From assembly GCA_047601445.1 (NCBI GenBank), contig JASGJH010000001.1, positions 4,704,001-4,768,000 of the forward strand: a DNA stretch of 64,000 bases. Direction: 5' to 3'. Position numbers and translations under genes: made by a program. Shown piece after piece: positions 1 to 10,802 of the stretch. Positions within the stretch are counted from its first letter, which is position 1, and each line of letters opens with the position of its first letter. The notes under the pieces were generated by a model, which saw only the letters and a program-made list of their open reading frames with translations, ran no database searches and had not been told where the DNA came from. The DNA comes from Myxococcales bacterium. Its GTDB lineage: Bacteria; Myxococcota_A; Polyangia; Polyangiales; DASUME01.

Positions 1-379
1 CGTGGGCGGTTGGCGCGGCCGAGTCGAGCTGGATTTGACTGCATCGCGGCCCGCGCTCCGGGGCGCGCCGCCGTCTGCTCCGCTCGGGGGAAGCGGTGAA
101 CAGACGGCGGCGCCCGTTCCATGGGGGCCGGCGCTCGCAGACGCACGCGGGTCATGTCGCTCGCGCCGAAGTGAAAGCACTGCAAGTTCCCTGCCCGTCC
201 GGCCGCACGTGCCCGCGCGCACGGAGGCCGAACGTGCGAAAGCGTCGAACTCCCGAGATTCATCGGAAGAACGGCGGTGCGGGTGCCCTTACGGGACGCG
301 TTCGCACGGAGCGCTCACTGCTGAACGCGCTACGCCGCGCCTCACCTCATCGCGTCTGCCTCAGCGCGGAAGGCGAGGA

Positions 380-1627
380 TCAGATGCCGAACAGCGGGTC
401 GTTCGACTTGCTGTCGACGTTGCCCACGCTGCGCGGCTTCTCGCCGCCACCCTTGCGACGCACTCCACCCTGGGCGCGTGCGACCTTGGTGCGCTTCATG
501 AACTTGCCGCGCTTGGCCTGCTTGGCCTTGCCCTTACCCTTGGCCACCGGCTGCGCGTCGTCTTCCTCGGCCGCGCCGTTGCTCTTGAGGCCCGCCGCCA
601 ACATGGCCGACACGCTGCCGGGAGCCGGAGCGTTCGCCGCCGTGGTGGGGACCTGCGCCAGCTTGGCGCGCTCGGCTGCCGCCGCCGCCGCTGCGCGCGC
701 TTCCTCTGCCGCGCGAGCTTCTTCGGCTGCGATCTCGAGCTGGCGTGCCTTGAGGGCAGCCTCCACGCGAGCCTCCTCGGCCTTCTGCGCGTTGATGGCG
801 CGCATCCCGAACACGCCGGCCAAGCCCACCACGGCCGCCAGGGCCACCGGCTTGATCCAGCCCCCGGAGGAGCGGCGCGGCTTGGTGAACACGACGTCGT
901 CGTCGGCGTAGGACTTGGGTGCGGGAGCGAGTGAAGGGCTCAGCTCGACCGAGGCCGCCTGCATGGGAGCACCAAACGGGTCCTGGACGTGGGCCTGGTG
1001 CTGCGCATAGGCCTGCTGCTGCGCATAGGCCTGCTGCTGCGCATAGGCCTGCTGCTCGTACGCCGCCTGCTGCTGCGCGTAAGCCTGCTGCTCGTACGCC
1101 GCCTGCTGCTGCGCGTAAGCCTGCTGCTCGTACGCCGCCTGCTGCTGCGCGTAAGCCTGCTGCTGTTCGTACTCGGCCTGCGCCTGTGCGTAGGCGGCAG
1201 CCTGCTGCTCGTATTCGGCCTGCTGCTGCGCGTACGCCTGCTGCTGCTCGTATTCGGCCTGCTGCTGTGCGTACGCCTGCTGCTGCGCGTAGTACGCCTG
1301 CTGCTCGGCATAGGCCGCCGCTTCAGCCTGCTGCTGATGGTAGGCCGCCCATTGCGCCTCGTACGCCGCCTGCTGCTCGGCTCGGGCGCGCGCGTCTTCT
1401 TCCTGCTGCCGCTCGTAGGCGGCCCACTGCGCTTCGTACTCGGCTTGCTGCTGGTCCTGGGCGTGGTGGTCGGCCGCTCCGTGCTCACTGTGCGCCTCGT
1501 AGCCCTGGGAAGCCTGGTCCCAGTCGCGCTGCTCGGCCTGCGCCCGCAAGAGCGCCCAGTCCGGCTCGGCCTCGAAGTCGTCGCCGTCGTCGACGTAGCC
1601 CGCCTGCTGTCCCCTGCTTGCACCCAC
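380..1627 (-). CDS. Hypothetical membrane-anchored protein with Gln/Ala/Tyr-rich repeats
   Basis: GTG at 1627 follows GGAGG. Q/A/Y/E repeats, one hydrophobic helix (VALAAVVGLAGVFGM), an Ala/Glu coiled-coil-like stretch and a Lys-rich tail ending SNDPLFGI. Confidence 0.7.
   Translation of the reverse strand: MGASRGQQAGYVDDGDDFEAEPDWALLRAQAEQRDWDQASQGYEAHSEHGAADHHAQDQQQAEYEAQWAAYERQQEEDARARAEQQAAYEAQWAAYHQQQAEAAAYAEQQAYYAQQQAYAQQQAEYEQQQAYAQQQAEYEQQAAAYAQAQAEYEQQQAYAQQQAAYEQQAYAQQQAAYEQQAYAQQQAAYEQQAYAQQQAYAQQQAYAQHQAHVQDPFGAPMQAASVELSPSLAPAPKSYADDDVVFTKPRRSSGGWIKPVALAAVVGLAGVFGMRAINAQKAEEARVEAALKARQLEIAAEEARAAEEARAAAAAAAERAKLAQVPTTAANAPAPGSVSAMLAAGLKSNGAAEEDDAQPVAKGKGKAKQAKRGKFMKRTKVARAQGGVRRKGGGEKPRSVGNVDSKSNDPLFGI
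1003..1345 (-). repeat. Intragenic tandem repeats encoding QAYAQQQAAYEQ-type units
   Basis: Repeated gcctgctgctgcgc blocks, including three near-identical 36-nt units. Confidence 0.85.
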
Positions 1628-1978
1628 GGTAAGCCTCCATCCTTGCTCGCTCGCGGGGAACCCCGCGGGCTTCGACCTGACGGGAGGTCCGGCGCTCGGC
1701 GCCGGCTCCCACAAGAGGCGCCACGATAACAAGAGGTGCGCCCGGGGTTTCATACGGAGATCGCGGGCTAACCCACCGATGCACCAGAAATCCGGTTCGG
1801 GATCGGAAAATTCCGGTGGAGTGGTCCAACAGTGGCTCGCCAAAGGGCCCAACTCATTGAGCTCAAAAAGTAATCTCGTGAGGGAGAAAACCACTGGGTC
1901 GGCTTTCTCGGTCGGTTCGGACGACGTAGCCTTGCCTTCTCGGGGCCGCTGCTTTTCGCGGCCTCGACCCTTCGACCC

Positions 1979-3379
1979 ATGCCGAAACCCGCCAGCAGCT
2001 CCTTCCTCGACCAACTCGCCCGCGAATTCCCTGCCGATTTCTTCTCGCGTGAGCAGGACGATCTCGACACCTACGGGCGGGACTGGACACGCGTATACGC
2101 CCCCGCTCCGAGCGCCATCGCACTGCCCCGCACCACCGAGGAGGTCGCCCGGCTCGTGCGCCTCTGCAACGAGGCCCAGGTGGCGGTGGTGCCCTCTGGA
2201 GGACGCACCGGGTTGGCCGGAGGCGCGGTGGCCAAGGACGGGGAAATCGTGCTCTCGCTGGCGCGCATGCGCCGCATGGATCCGGTCGATCTCCTCGGCG
2301 CCACGGTGCGCGTACAGGCCGGCGCCGTCACCGAGGCAGTGCACCAGCACTGCGCGGAGCACGGGCTCACGTGGCCGGTGGACTTCGCTTCCAAGGGCTC
2401 GAGCCAGGTCGGCGGCAACATCGCTACCAACGCCGGCGGCGTAAAGGTCATCCGCTACGGGTTGACCCGCCAGTGGGTGCTCGGACTCCAGGTGGTCACG
2501 CCCAGTGGCGAGATCCTGGAGCTCAACGGGGCGCTCGAAAAGAACAACACCGGCACCGACCTCCGTCAGCTGTTCATCGGCTCGGAAGGCACGCTCGGCA
2601 TCGTCACCGAAGCCACGCTCAAGCTGACGCGCTTGCCCGAGAAGCAGTCGGTGCTCCTGTTTGCGGTAGACGACGTGCCCGCCGTGCTGCGGCTTTTCCG
2701 CGACACGCGCAAGGCCCCCTTCACGTTAGCCGCCTACGAGTTCTTCACCGATCGCTGCCTCGCGCGCGTCACGCGTCACCGCAAGGTGCGCACTCCCTTC
2801 GAGCAGGCCCACCGTTGTTACGTGCTGGTGGAGCTCGAAGACGCCGACGCTGACAAGCTAGAAGCCTGGGTCTCCTCCCTGTTCGAGCGCGGACTCATCC
2901 TGGACGGCACGTTGGCCCAAAACTCCTCGCAGGCGGCCGAGCTCTGGAGCCTGCGCGAAGGCATCAGCGAGAGCCTCAGCGCCACCGGACTCCCTCACAA
3001 GAACGACATCTCTCTGCCCGTGGCCGCGCTCGAGGCATTCACGGCGGAGCTCGAGGCCATCTTCGCAGCCAACTATCCGGACTGGGAGATTTGCCTATTC
3101 GGGCACATCGGAGACGGCAACCTGCACGTCAACGTGATGAAGCCCGAGGCGCTCGAGAAAGCAGCCTTCCTCAAGCAAACCTCGGCCGCAGACCACCACA
3201 TGTTCGACCTGGTGAAGAAGCACCACGGCAGCATCTCGGCGGAGCACGGCATCGGCCTGCTCAAGAAGCCCTACCTGAACTACTCGCGGACCCCGGAAGA
3301 GCTCGCCGTACTCAAGGCCGTCAAGCGCGCGCTCGACCCCAACGGCATCCTCAACCCCGGCAAGATCCTCGACGCTTGA
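1979..3379 (+). CDS. FAD-binding oxidoreductase, D-2-hydroxyglutarate/D-lactate dehydrogenase family
   Basis: PSGGRTGLAGG, GGNIATNAGG, FIGSEGTLG, FGHIGDGNLH, SAEHGIG and LNPGK motifs. Confidence 0.9.
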   Translation: MPKPASSSFLDQLAREFPADFFSREQDDLDTYGRDWTRVYAPAPSAIALPRTTEEVARLVRLCNEAQVAVVPSGGRTGLAGGAVAKDGEIVLSLARMRRMDPVDLLGATVRVQAGAVTEAVHQHCAEHGLTWPVDFASKGSSQVGGNIATNAGGVKVIRYGLTRQWVLGLQVVTPSGEILELNGALEKNNTGTDLRQLFIGSEGTLGIVTEATLKLTRLPEKQSVLLFAVDDVPAVLRLFRDTRKAPFTLAAYEFFTDRCLARVTRHRKVRTPFEQAHRCYVLVELEDADADKLEAWVSSLFERGLILDGTLAQNSSQAAELWSLREGISESLSATGLPHKNDISLPVAALEAFTAELEAIFAANYPDWEICLFGHIGDGNLHVNVMKPEALEKAAFLKQTSAADHHMFDLVKKHHGSISAEHGIGLLKKPYLNYSRTPEELAVLKAVKRALDPNGILNPGKILDA

Positions 3380-3423
3380 GCGGCCCCGCTCCCGGTCTCG
3401 TCGGCGAGCTCGCTGGCCAGTTG

Positions 3424-4776
3424 CTACGGAGCGTTCGCTTCGCTCGGAAGCCCGGGCGCCGAGTGCAAGCCGATATACTCGGCCAGCTCGTGCTCGATGC
3501 GCGCGACGAGTTGCTCGGCGATCTTGTTGGGGACCACGGGCTCCACCCATCCGATGCCGATGTTGAGCGCACCTCGAAAGCTGGTCACCGAAGCCCCCAG
3601 CGTGGACGCCACGGAGCCTGCGGCCACGAAGTGCAGATCCATCAGCTCGAGCGCGCCGTACTCCGACGCCACGCCGAGCTGCTCGAGTGCACCGAGGTTG
3701 CTTTGGCTGAAGGTGTTGATCAACACCTTGTTCTCCGCGAACACGCGGAACTTGGGTAGGTCCCCCGTGGTCCCTTCGCTGCGCTTGGTGAGCATCGGTC
3801 CAAGGATGGGCCCCGAGATCAGCGGCGTCCCGCGCGCCTTGCTGGCGCGTATTTCGGCGGTGATCTCCCGCGCCAGGTCGCCCAACGGCTGCCCTGGGTC
3901 GACGAGATGGTTGGTCTCGAGCGACGACACATAGTAACCGACCGCCTCACCGATCGCAGGCAGCTTCGGATAGCAGGCGCGCACGTAACGCCGCAGGTCG
4001 ACCGGATGCATGATGCGCTCTTGAACGGGACCCGGCCCGAGCTGCGCAGCGACGGCTTTCGCCATGGCGGCGCTGACCACGCCATGCACGGTGGCCCCGT
4101 CTTGGCGAGCGCGCTGCTGCAGCATGAGGCTTTCCTCGCGCGGGATCTGCAGGCGAGCCAGGCGAAAGAAGCGAGGGCCCTCGGGGTCCTTGCGCAGCCG
4201 CTGCGGCTTGGGTGTCCGCCTGGCGCGCGCCAGTACGCGGAAGGTGCGCAGCTTCCAGAGCAGCGAGCCATGTCCCTGGGGATAGAAGTTCGACTGCGCC
4301 GGCGCAGGCACCGGTTCGAGGGAGAGCCCGGGATGGGCCGCGAGCCGTAGCAGGTCGCGCATCGCAAAGATGCCCGAGCTGCCGTCGCTCACCAGGTGAT
4401 GGAACAGGAGCAGCAAGGTGGAGTCGCGTTCGCCGTGGCGCAGCCAGGTAAGCTCTGCGCGAGGACCGGAGTCGTTCCAGACACGATGGGCGAGCGCTTG
4501 CTCTGCGAGCTTTCGCCAGGCCTCCTCGGGCCCATCGAGCGTGGTGAGCGGAATGGGGTGCGCCTCGCCCAGCACGAACGCAGTGCCCGACGCGCTGCGC
4601 TCCACACGCGCGCGCAACAGCGGATGACGCAGCTCGAGGCGGCGCAACGCGCTGTGCAGGTGCTCCGCGCTCAACACACCATGCACGCGAGCGATGACGA
4701 TGAAGTTGAGACTGGAGCCGCGGTCGAACACGTCGACCGTGCGCTCCACGGGAGCAAGCAAGCGCCGTTCAGACAT
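3424..4776 (-). CDS. Standalone condensation-domain/PapA5-like acyltransferase
   Basis: HHxxxDG motif (FHHLVSDG), RHPLLRA, PVDLRR, SNLG. Confidence 0.75.
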   Translation of the reverse strand: MSERRLLAPVERTVDVFDRGSSLNFIVIARVHGVLSAEHLHSALRRLELRHPLLRARVERSASGTAFVLGEAHPIPLTTLDGPEEAWRKLAEQALAHRVWNDSGPRAELTWLRHGERDSTLLLLFHHLVSDGSSGIFAMRDLLRLAAHPGLSLEPVPAPAQSNFYPQGHGSLLWKLRTFRVLARARRTPKPQRLRKDPEGPRFFRLARLQIPREESLMLQQRARQDGATVHGVVSAAMAKAVAAQLGPGPVQERIMHPVDLRRYVRACYPKLPAIGEAVGYYVSSLETNHLVDPGQPLGDLAREITAEIRASKARGTPLISGPILGPMLTKRSEGTTGDLPKFRVFAENKVLINTFSQSNLGALEQLGVASEYGALELMDLHFVAAGSVASTLGASVTSFRGALNIGIGWVEPVVPNKIAEQLVARIEHELAEYIGLHSAPGLPSEANAP

Positions 4777-4837
4777 ACTCAAACCTTACTCCTCCCGATC
4801 CTCCACGCTTGTTGCTTCACCCTTCCATTCTTTCCAG

Positions 4838-5282
4838 GACGTCCTCCTCAACGTTCTCCTGTCCTGGCGTTCTCCTTTGGTCTGGGCCGGTGCTTCGGTG
4901 AGGCAGGTTTGTGGGGCGCGGGCTTTGTCGCGTCGTCGGTGGCAGTGTGACTTCGGAGTGGCAAAGGTTTCGATGCCGGCCCGTCTGTTGGAGACGCTCG
5001 TTCGACAAAGCGCGGGCAGCGCGGGCCCCACAAACCTGCCTCACCTGCGCTCGACCTCAAGCGAAGGTGGCGGGGGGCCTGGGCGCCGCAAAGCAGGCGC
5101 TTGGGTCGCACTGGCGTCCTCACAGGCGGACCGGCCGTCGACGCGCGCTCAACTCTTGTCCCACCGCCTCCATCGACCGACGAATGCCGCCGCTTTGCGA
5201 CGCCCAGGCCCCCCGCCACCGTAGTGACGGCCAAGACCAGAGCGAACACTGGGGCAAGAGAACGTTGAGTAGAGGGGACGTT
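4838..5282. repeat. Palindromic intergenic element, copy A (MITE/REP-like)
   Basis: Imperfect terminal inverted repeats, a perfect 21-bp IR (4897-4917/5025-5045) and a 28/29-bp IR (5066-5094/5192-5220). Homologous to 52008-52234 and 53004-53198. Confidence 0.8.
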
Positions 5283-5297
5283 GTGAGGGGGGACCGC

Positions 5298-6539
<1,242 letters not shown>

Positions 6540-6711
6540 GGAAAACTCCGGGCACGGCTCTTACGCCAAGGGAGCCACACGTTCAAGAGCCGGAGCTCGC
6601 ACAAACCCGCGCAGCCAAAAGCACAACTCCGGGTCGGGCGAGGTCGGCCGGGGCCCAGACCGGCGCTTGAACCGGCGGCCCTTTCTTGCCAGGGTGGCGC
6701 CCTATTCGTCG

Positions 6712-7335
6712 ATGTCCGCCCCCTCGCGTTACCCAGCATCACCCGCCCGGCCCTCACGTTGGGCAGCCGCCCTCTTCCTGAGGCTAGTCCTCGCAGACAG
6801 CGCTGCCTGCGGCGGTGAGCAGGCGGAGGCAGGCGGGCCTGGCCCCGTCGATGCTGGTACGAGGGACGCCGGGCCGGACGCCAGCGCCAGCCAAGCGTTG
6901 CTCATCGATCACAAGAGCTGGCAGCGCTACGACCGCAGCGAGGACCCCCTGGCCTCCGAGCAACCGGTCGAGATCGACTGCGGCATCGCCGGCTTCTACG
7001 TGGAGCGCGGCGAGTTCGAGGTCGACACCACGCGCTGCAACTACCTGCTGGTCTTCCACCCTTCGCTGCGCGGCGTGCGGGCCGGCCAGCGCGTGCAGCT
7101 CGAGCTGCGGCACTTCGACCTGGAAGCGGCCGAGCCTGCAGAAGCCCACGTCGCGATCCTGTTCCGCGATCAGCTGCAGTGGGAGATCAAGATCCCCATC
7201 CCTCAGGCCGCCGAGACCATCGACACCGAGTTCACGGCGACGACCGATCTCGCGCCCGGCGACCCGATCCGCCTGCACCTGCACAACCACGGACAGAACA
7301 TGTACACGTTCGCCTGGCTGCGTGCCGTGGACTGA
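6712..7335 (+). CDS. Hypothetical exported/lipoprotein
   Basis: Signal-like segment ending AAC, DAG linker and beta-rich domain ending LHLHNHGQN. Start uncertain. Confidence 0.6.
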   Translation: MSAPSRYPASPARPSRWAAALFLRLVLADSAACGGEQAEAGGPGPVDAGTRDAGPDASASQALLIDHKSWQRYDRSEDPLASEQPVEIDCGIAGFYVERGEFEVDTTRCNYLLVFHPSLRGVRAGQRVQLELRHFDLEAAEPAEAHVAILFRDQLQWEIKIPIPQAAETIDTEFTATTDLAPGDPIRLHLHNHGQNMYTFAWLRAVD

Positions 7336-7356
7336 GCCGCGGGCTTTTCCGGCCCC

Positions 7357-8247
7357 TCAGAGCACCACGATGTTTTCGATGCAGGAGAGATCGATGGTGG
7401 TCTCGATGCGGAAGTTGCTCTCGTCCGTGTGGCGCTCGGCCTGGAAGATGTCCATCGAGTAGCTCTCGCCCACCACGATCCCGAGCTGGTCGGCCAGCGT
7501 ATCGAGGTCGATGGTCTGCATGAGCGCGCTGTGTACGCCGCCCAGATCCACGGCCAGGTGATCATTGATGAACACCCAGAGGTCGTCGTCCCCGCGGAAG
7601 GTGAACTGCTCGCCGCCCTGATAGGTGAACTTGGTGTGGGCCTCGGTGGTGAACAGGAAGTTGTGCTTGGGATCTTCCACCGGGATGTTGAGCACCGGAA
7701 TCAGCTTGACCGGCCCGTTACCGAAGCCCTTGCCGTCGATGGGAAAGAAGTTGCTGTTGTCGTAGACGAAGACGCCCTTGCTCTCCTCGGTGAACTCAAT
7801 CTTGACGGGCACCCGCAGGTTCACGCCCTCCACGTCGCGGTACCACTGGTCGAACTCGGTCTTACCGGTGGTCACGGCGGTGGGGCCGCTGGGGGCGTAG
7901 ACGGGCTTCTTGTCCTTCCCGAGCCGCTCCTGGACGAGGCCCGGCATTTGGCCGCCGTAGCTCTCGAAGTCGGGGTGCTTCTCGGTGAAGTCGCGGACGA
8001 CTATCTCGAGGCCCATGTCGCACTCGCCGTCGTCGGGCGTTTGACCGCTGGGTGGGACCTTGGTTTCGTCGCCATCCCCATCGCCGTCGCCGTCTCCGTC
8101 GCCATCCCCATCCCCATCGCCCTCGGAGATACCCGAGTCTTTAACACTATTTACGGAACCGCCAGCGACCGTGGTGGCGGCCTCGTCAGGGGCGCACCCG
8201 AGGCCCAGCAACGTGATTCCAAGTGCCATCCGACGCCAACGACCCAT
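7357..8247 (-). CDS. Fibro-slime (PA14-like) domain lipoprotein
   Basis: Lipobox LGC, GD-repeat linker, VRDF..HPDFE, FFPID, HNFLFTTE, FTFRGDDDLWVFIN, DLGGVH, FQAERH. Confidence 0.9.
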   Translation of the reverse strand: MGRWRRMALGITLLGLGCAPDEAATTVAGGSVNSVKDSGISEGDGDGDGDGDGDGDGDGDETKVPPSGQTPDDGECDMGLEIVVRDFTEKHPDFESYGGQMPGLVQERLGKDKKPVYAPSGPTAVTTGKTEFDQWYRDVEGVNLRVPVKIEFTEESKGVFVYDNSNFFPIDGKGFGNGPVKLIPVLNIPVEDPKHNFLFTTEAHTKFTYQGGEQFTFRGDDDLWVFINDHLAVDLGGVHSALMQTIDLDTLADQLGIVVGESYSMDIFQAERHTDESNFRIETTIDLSCIENIVVL

Positions 8248-8547
8248 GTGCACCCTCGCGCTCGGTCCGAAGGGCGCGGCGTGCGCCCGGAGCGAGCGGC
8301 GGTCTTGCCATGCTTGAAAACTTCAATTCAAGTGTTCACTGACGTCACGGTACATTCACTTGCACTTTGGCCAGCCGCCCATGTGGGGCAGATCACCAGA
8401 CTGAAGAGAGCCAACAAAACTGGAAAAATCCCGGATAGTGAGGGATATCTCAAAAAAGATCGCTCCCCGGTCGCTCTGTTCGCCGGAAGGAAACAAAGAG
8501 CTGTTAGAAGGGTCAGAAGCAGCCCAGTTGCCAACGAAGGAGACGAC

Positions 8548-8808
8548 ATGACCACCCTAGGCAACCTCAACAACTCCGACTGGACCGTCACCTGGCATGA
8601 GGCCTTTCAGGCCGAACGCGGTCGTCAGTGGATGTACGACGGCACGGCGAAGGAAGTTGCCGAGGCCATGGGCTGGAAGATCCTGGAAGCGCACGGCACC
8701 GAAGACATGGTGCTGGCCGAGCGAGAAAAGGGCCGCTGGATTGCCATCGGCGCTCTTCCGCACGGCTACGGCTACGGGTTCTGGTCGGTAGACATTCAGG
8801 CCTCCTGA
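8548..8808 (+). CDS. Small hypothetical protein (86 aa)
   Basis: GAAGGAGA ribosome-binding site before the ATG, and GC3-rich codon usage. Confidence 0.65.
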   Translation: MTTLGNLNNSDWTVTWHEAFQAERGRQWMYDGTAKEVAEAMGWKILEAHGTEDMVLAEREKGRWIAIGALPHGYGYGFWSVDIQAS

Positions 8809-9318
8809 GTCTTCGAACGGAGCTTCCGGCTCTCCAGCGCCGACGCGCTCGTGGACGACCTAGGTCGCACGCGGTGCTCGGCGCGAGTGTCTTAAAGGGG
8901 GGACGGCTTCGCTTCTTCGCGTTTCGCTCCTGCGGCCGCCGCGGGAACTCGGGGAATCGAATGAGCCAAAGCGTTGACTTGTTTTGCCATCGCTAAAGCG
9001 GCTCGTAAGCCGCCAGTGAAGTCACTTAGCGACCTTGCAAATCTACAATCAATCCGGGCTTTTCCGTACCGTCCGAACAGAGGATGGGAGCGGCGCTGGA
9101 AAGCGCTGAGATCGCGTTTTTTCCCGACGAACTCGCGCTTTTTTCTGCGACAAGGTGTCGCAGGGAGCCGCGCGTGGGGCGCGTCCCCGACTCGCCAGAC
9201 AGTCCTCGCACTGCGGCAGAGCGTGGGGTTCTGACAGCGGACCGTGTGCCGTGGGGACCGCCGTCCGAGTGACTCGGGGAAGCGCGCGACGAGCGCGAGC
9301 AAGATGTGGAGGTTCGAC

Positions 9319-10761
9319 ATGCTTGAGGATCACAGCGCACGCGGGAGTGCCGCATCCCGACTGGCCCAAGGCACCTTGATGGTGCTGGCCCTCGCGAGCG
9401 GGTTCGGCTGTGGCAACGAGGCGGCCCCGCTCGGCGGCGAGAGCAACGCCGTGGGTGACAGCGACAAGTGGTGCGACGCGCTCGAGGTGCTGCGCGAAGA
9501 GTGCCAGGAGTGCCACAGCAAAGGCGTGGTCTCCACGGCCCCGATGCCCCTCGATACCTACCAGGACTTGATCGCGAGCGCCGCAACCGACAGCTCCAAG
9601 AAGGTCTACGAGCTCGTCAGCAAGCGCATCCACGACAAGAAGAGCCCGATGCCGGAGCCCCCGCGCAAGCTCAGCGACGATCAGCTGGACGCACTGGACG
9701 CCTGGATCGCGGCGGGTGCGCTCCCCGGCAGCGATCCCACGTGCAAGAAGCACGGGAGCTCCTCGGGCGACGGCGACGGCGATGGAGACTCCACGGCGGG
9801 CGACGGGGACTCCACCACCGGCGACGGGGACTCCACCGGCGACGGGGACTCCACCGGCGACGGGGACTCCACCACGGGCGACGGAGACTCCACGGCGGGC
9901 GACGGGGACTCCACGTCCAGCAACGACGGCTGGCCCACCAACTGCGACGAGACGCACAAGATCCTGGCCAACGACGGCGGCAAGCCCCATGCGGTGGCCA
10001 AGGGCACCCAGACGCATCCACAATTCTACTTCGACGCTCCGTGGGGCGATCAGGAAGTGCAGGCCATCGCGTTCCGGCCCATCACGGACAACGCCAAGGT
10101 ATTGCACCACTGGATCCTCTACGAAAACAGCGGCGGTAGCGCCCTCGGCGGCAACTTCCTCTCCGGTTGGTCTCCCGGCAAGGACGGCGTACGCACGTTC
10201 CCGGCCGACATCGGTGTGTACATGCCGAGCGGCAAGCAGGTGCTGCGACTCGACACGCACTATTACAACCAGGCCAAGGACAGCAAGGACGAGACCGACA
10301 GCAGCGGCGTCGAGATCTGCGTCGTGCACAAGGAGCACTTCCGCAAGAACACCGCGAGCACCTTCGCGTTCGGCACGACCTTCTTCACGGTCCCCAACGG
10401 AGCCCCGAAGGTCAAGACCACATGCAACGTGACCACCACGGGCGGCTCGGCCTACCTGATCAGTAGCAGCCCGCACATGCACACGCTGGGCGTCTGGGCC
10501 AAGTTCTCTCGCACGCGCTCGGGAGCCGAGATGATGCTGCAGGACACGGCGTTCAGCTTCGAGTTCCAGGAGGGCAAGTCGCTCGACCGCGTGGAGCTCA
10601 AGACGGGCGACAAGATGCTCACGGAGTGCGACTACGAGAACATGGGCGGCACGGTCATGTTCGGTCCCGACACCGAAGACGAGATGTGCTTCAACTTCGC
10701 CATGTACTATCCGAAGGGCGCCCTCAAGTGCCCGATGACCGCGGGCATGGTCTCGAACTGA
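9319..10761 (+). CDS. Lipoprotein: cytochrome c domain plus copper type II (PHM/DBH-like) monooxygenase
   Basis: GGAGG RBS, lipobox-like GFGC, CQECH, PMP, LHHWIL, LDTHYY, PHMH, DEMC. Confidence 0.8.
   Translation: MLEDHSARGSAASRLAQGTLMVLALASGFGCGNEAAPLGGESNAVGDSDKWCDALEVLREECQECHSKGVVSTAPMPLDTYQDLIASAATDSSKKVYELVSKRIHDKKSPMPEPPRKLSDDQLDALDAWIAAGALPGSDPTCKKHGSSSGDGDGDGDSTAGDGDSTTGDGDSTGDGDSTGDGDSTTGDGDSTAGDGDSTSSNDGWPTNCDETHKILANDGGKPHAVAKGTQTHPQFYFDAPWGDQEVQAIAFRPITDNAKVLHHWILYENSGGSALGGNFLSGWSPGKDGVRTFPADIGVYMPSGKQVLRLDTHYYNQAKDSKDETDSSGVEICVVHKEHFRKNTASTFAFGTTFFTVPNGAPKVKTTCNVTTTGGSAYLISSSPHMHTLGVWAKFSRTRSGAEMMLQDTAFSFEFQEGKSLDRVELKTGDKMLTECDYENMGGTVMFGPDTEDEMCFNFAMYYPKGALKCPMTAGMVSN
9766..9915 (+). 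repeat. Intragenic 18-21 nt repeats encoding GDGDS(T/TA/TT) linker
   Basis: ggcgacggggactccac repeated about seven times. Confidence 0.85.
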
Positions 10762-10802
10762 GGAAGTTTGCAGCGGCCCGCACTCGCGACGGCAGCCCGA
10801 GC

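Noticed and set aside
1..379. Possible gene start on the minus strand at the left edge
   Set aside because: An open frame starts near 155 but has no motif or RBS support.
1628..2362. N-terminal extension of the 380..2362 ORF
   Set aside because: It overlaps the FAD oxidoreductase antisense, and a better start with RBS lies at 1627.
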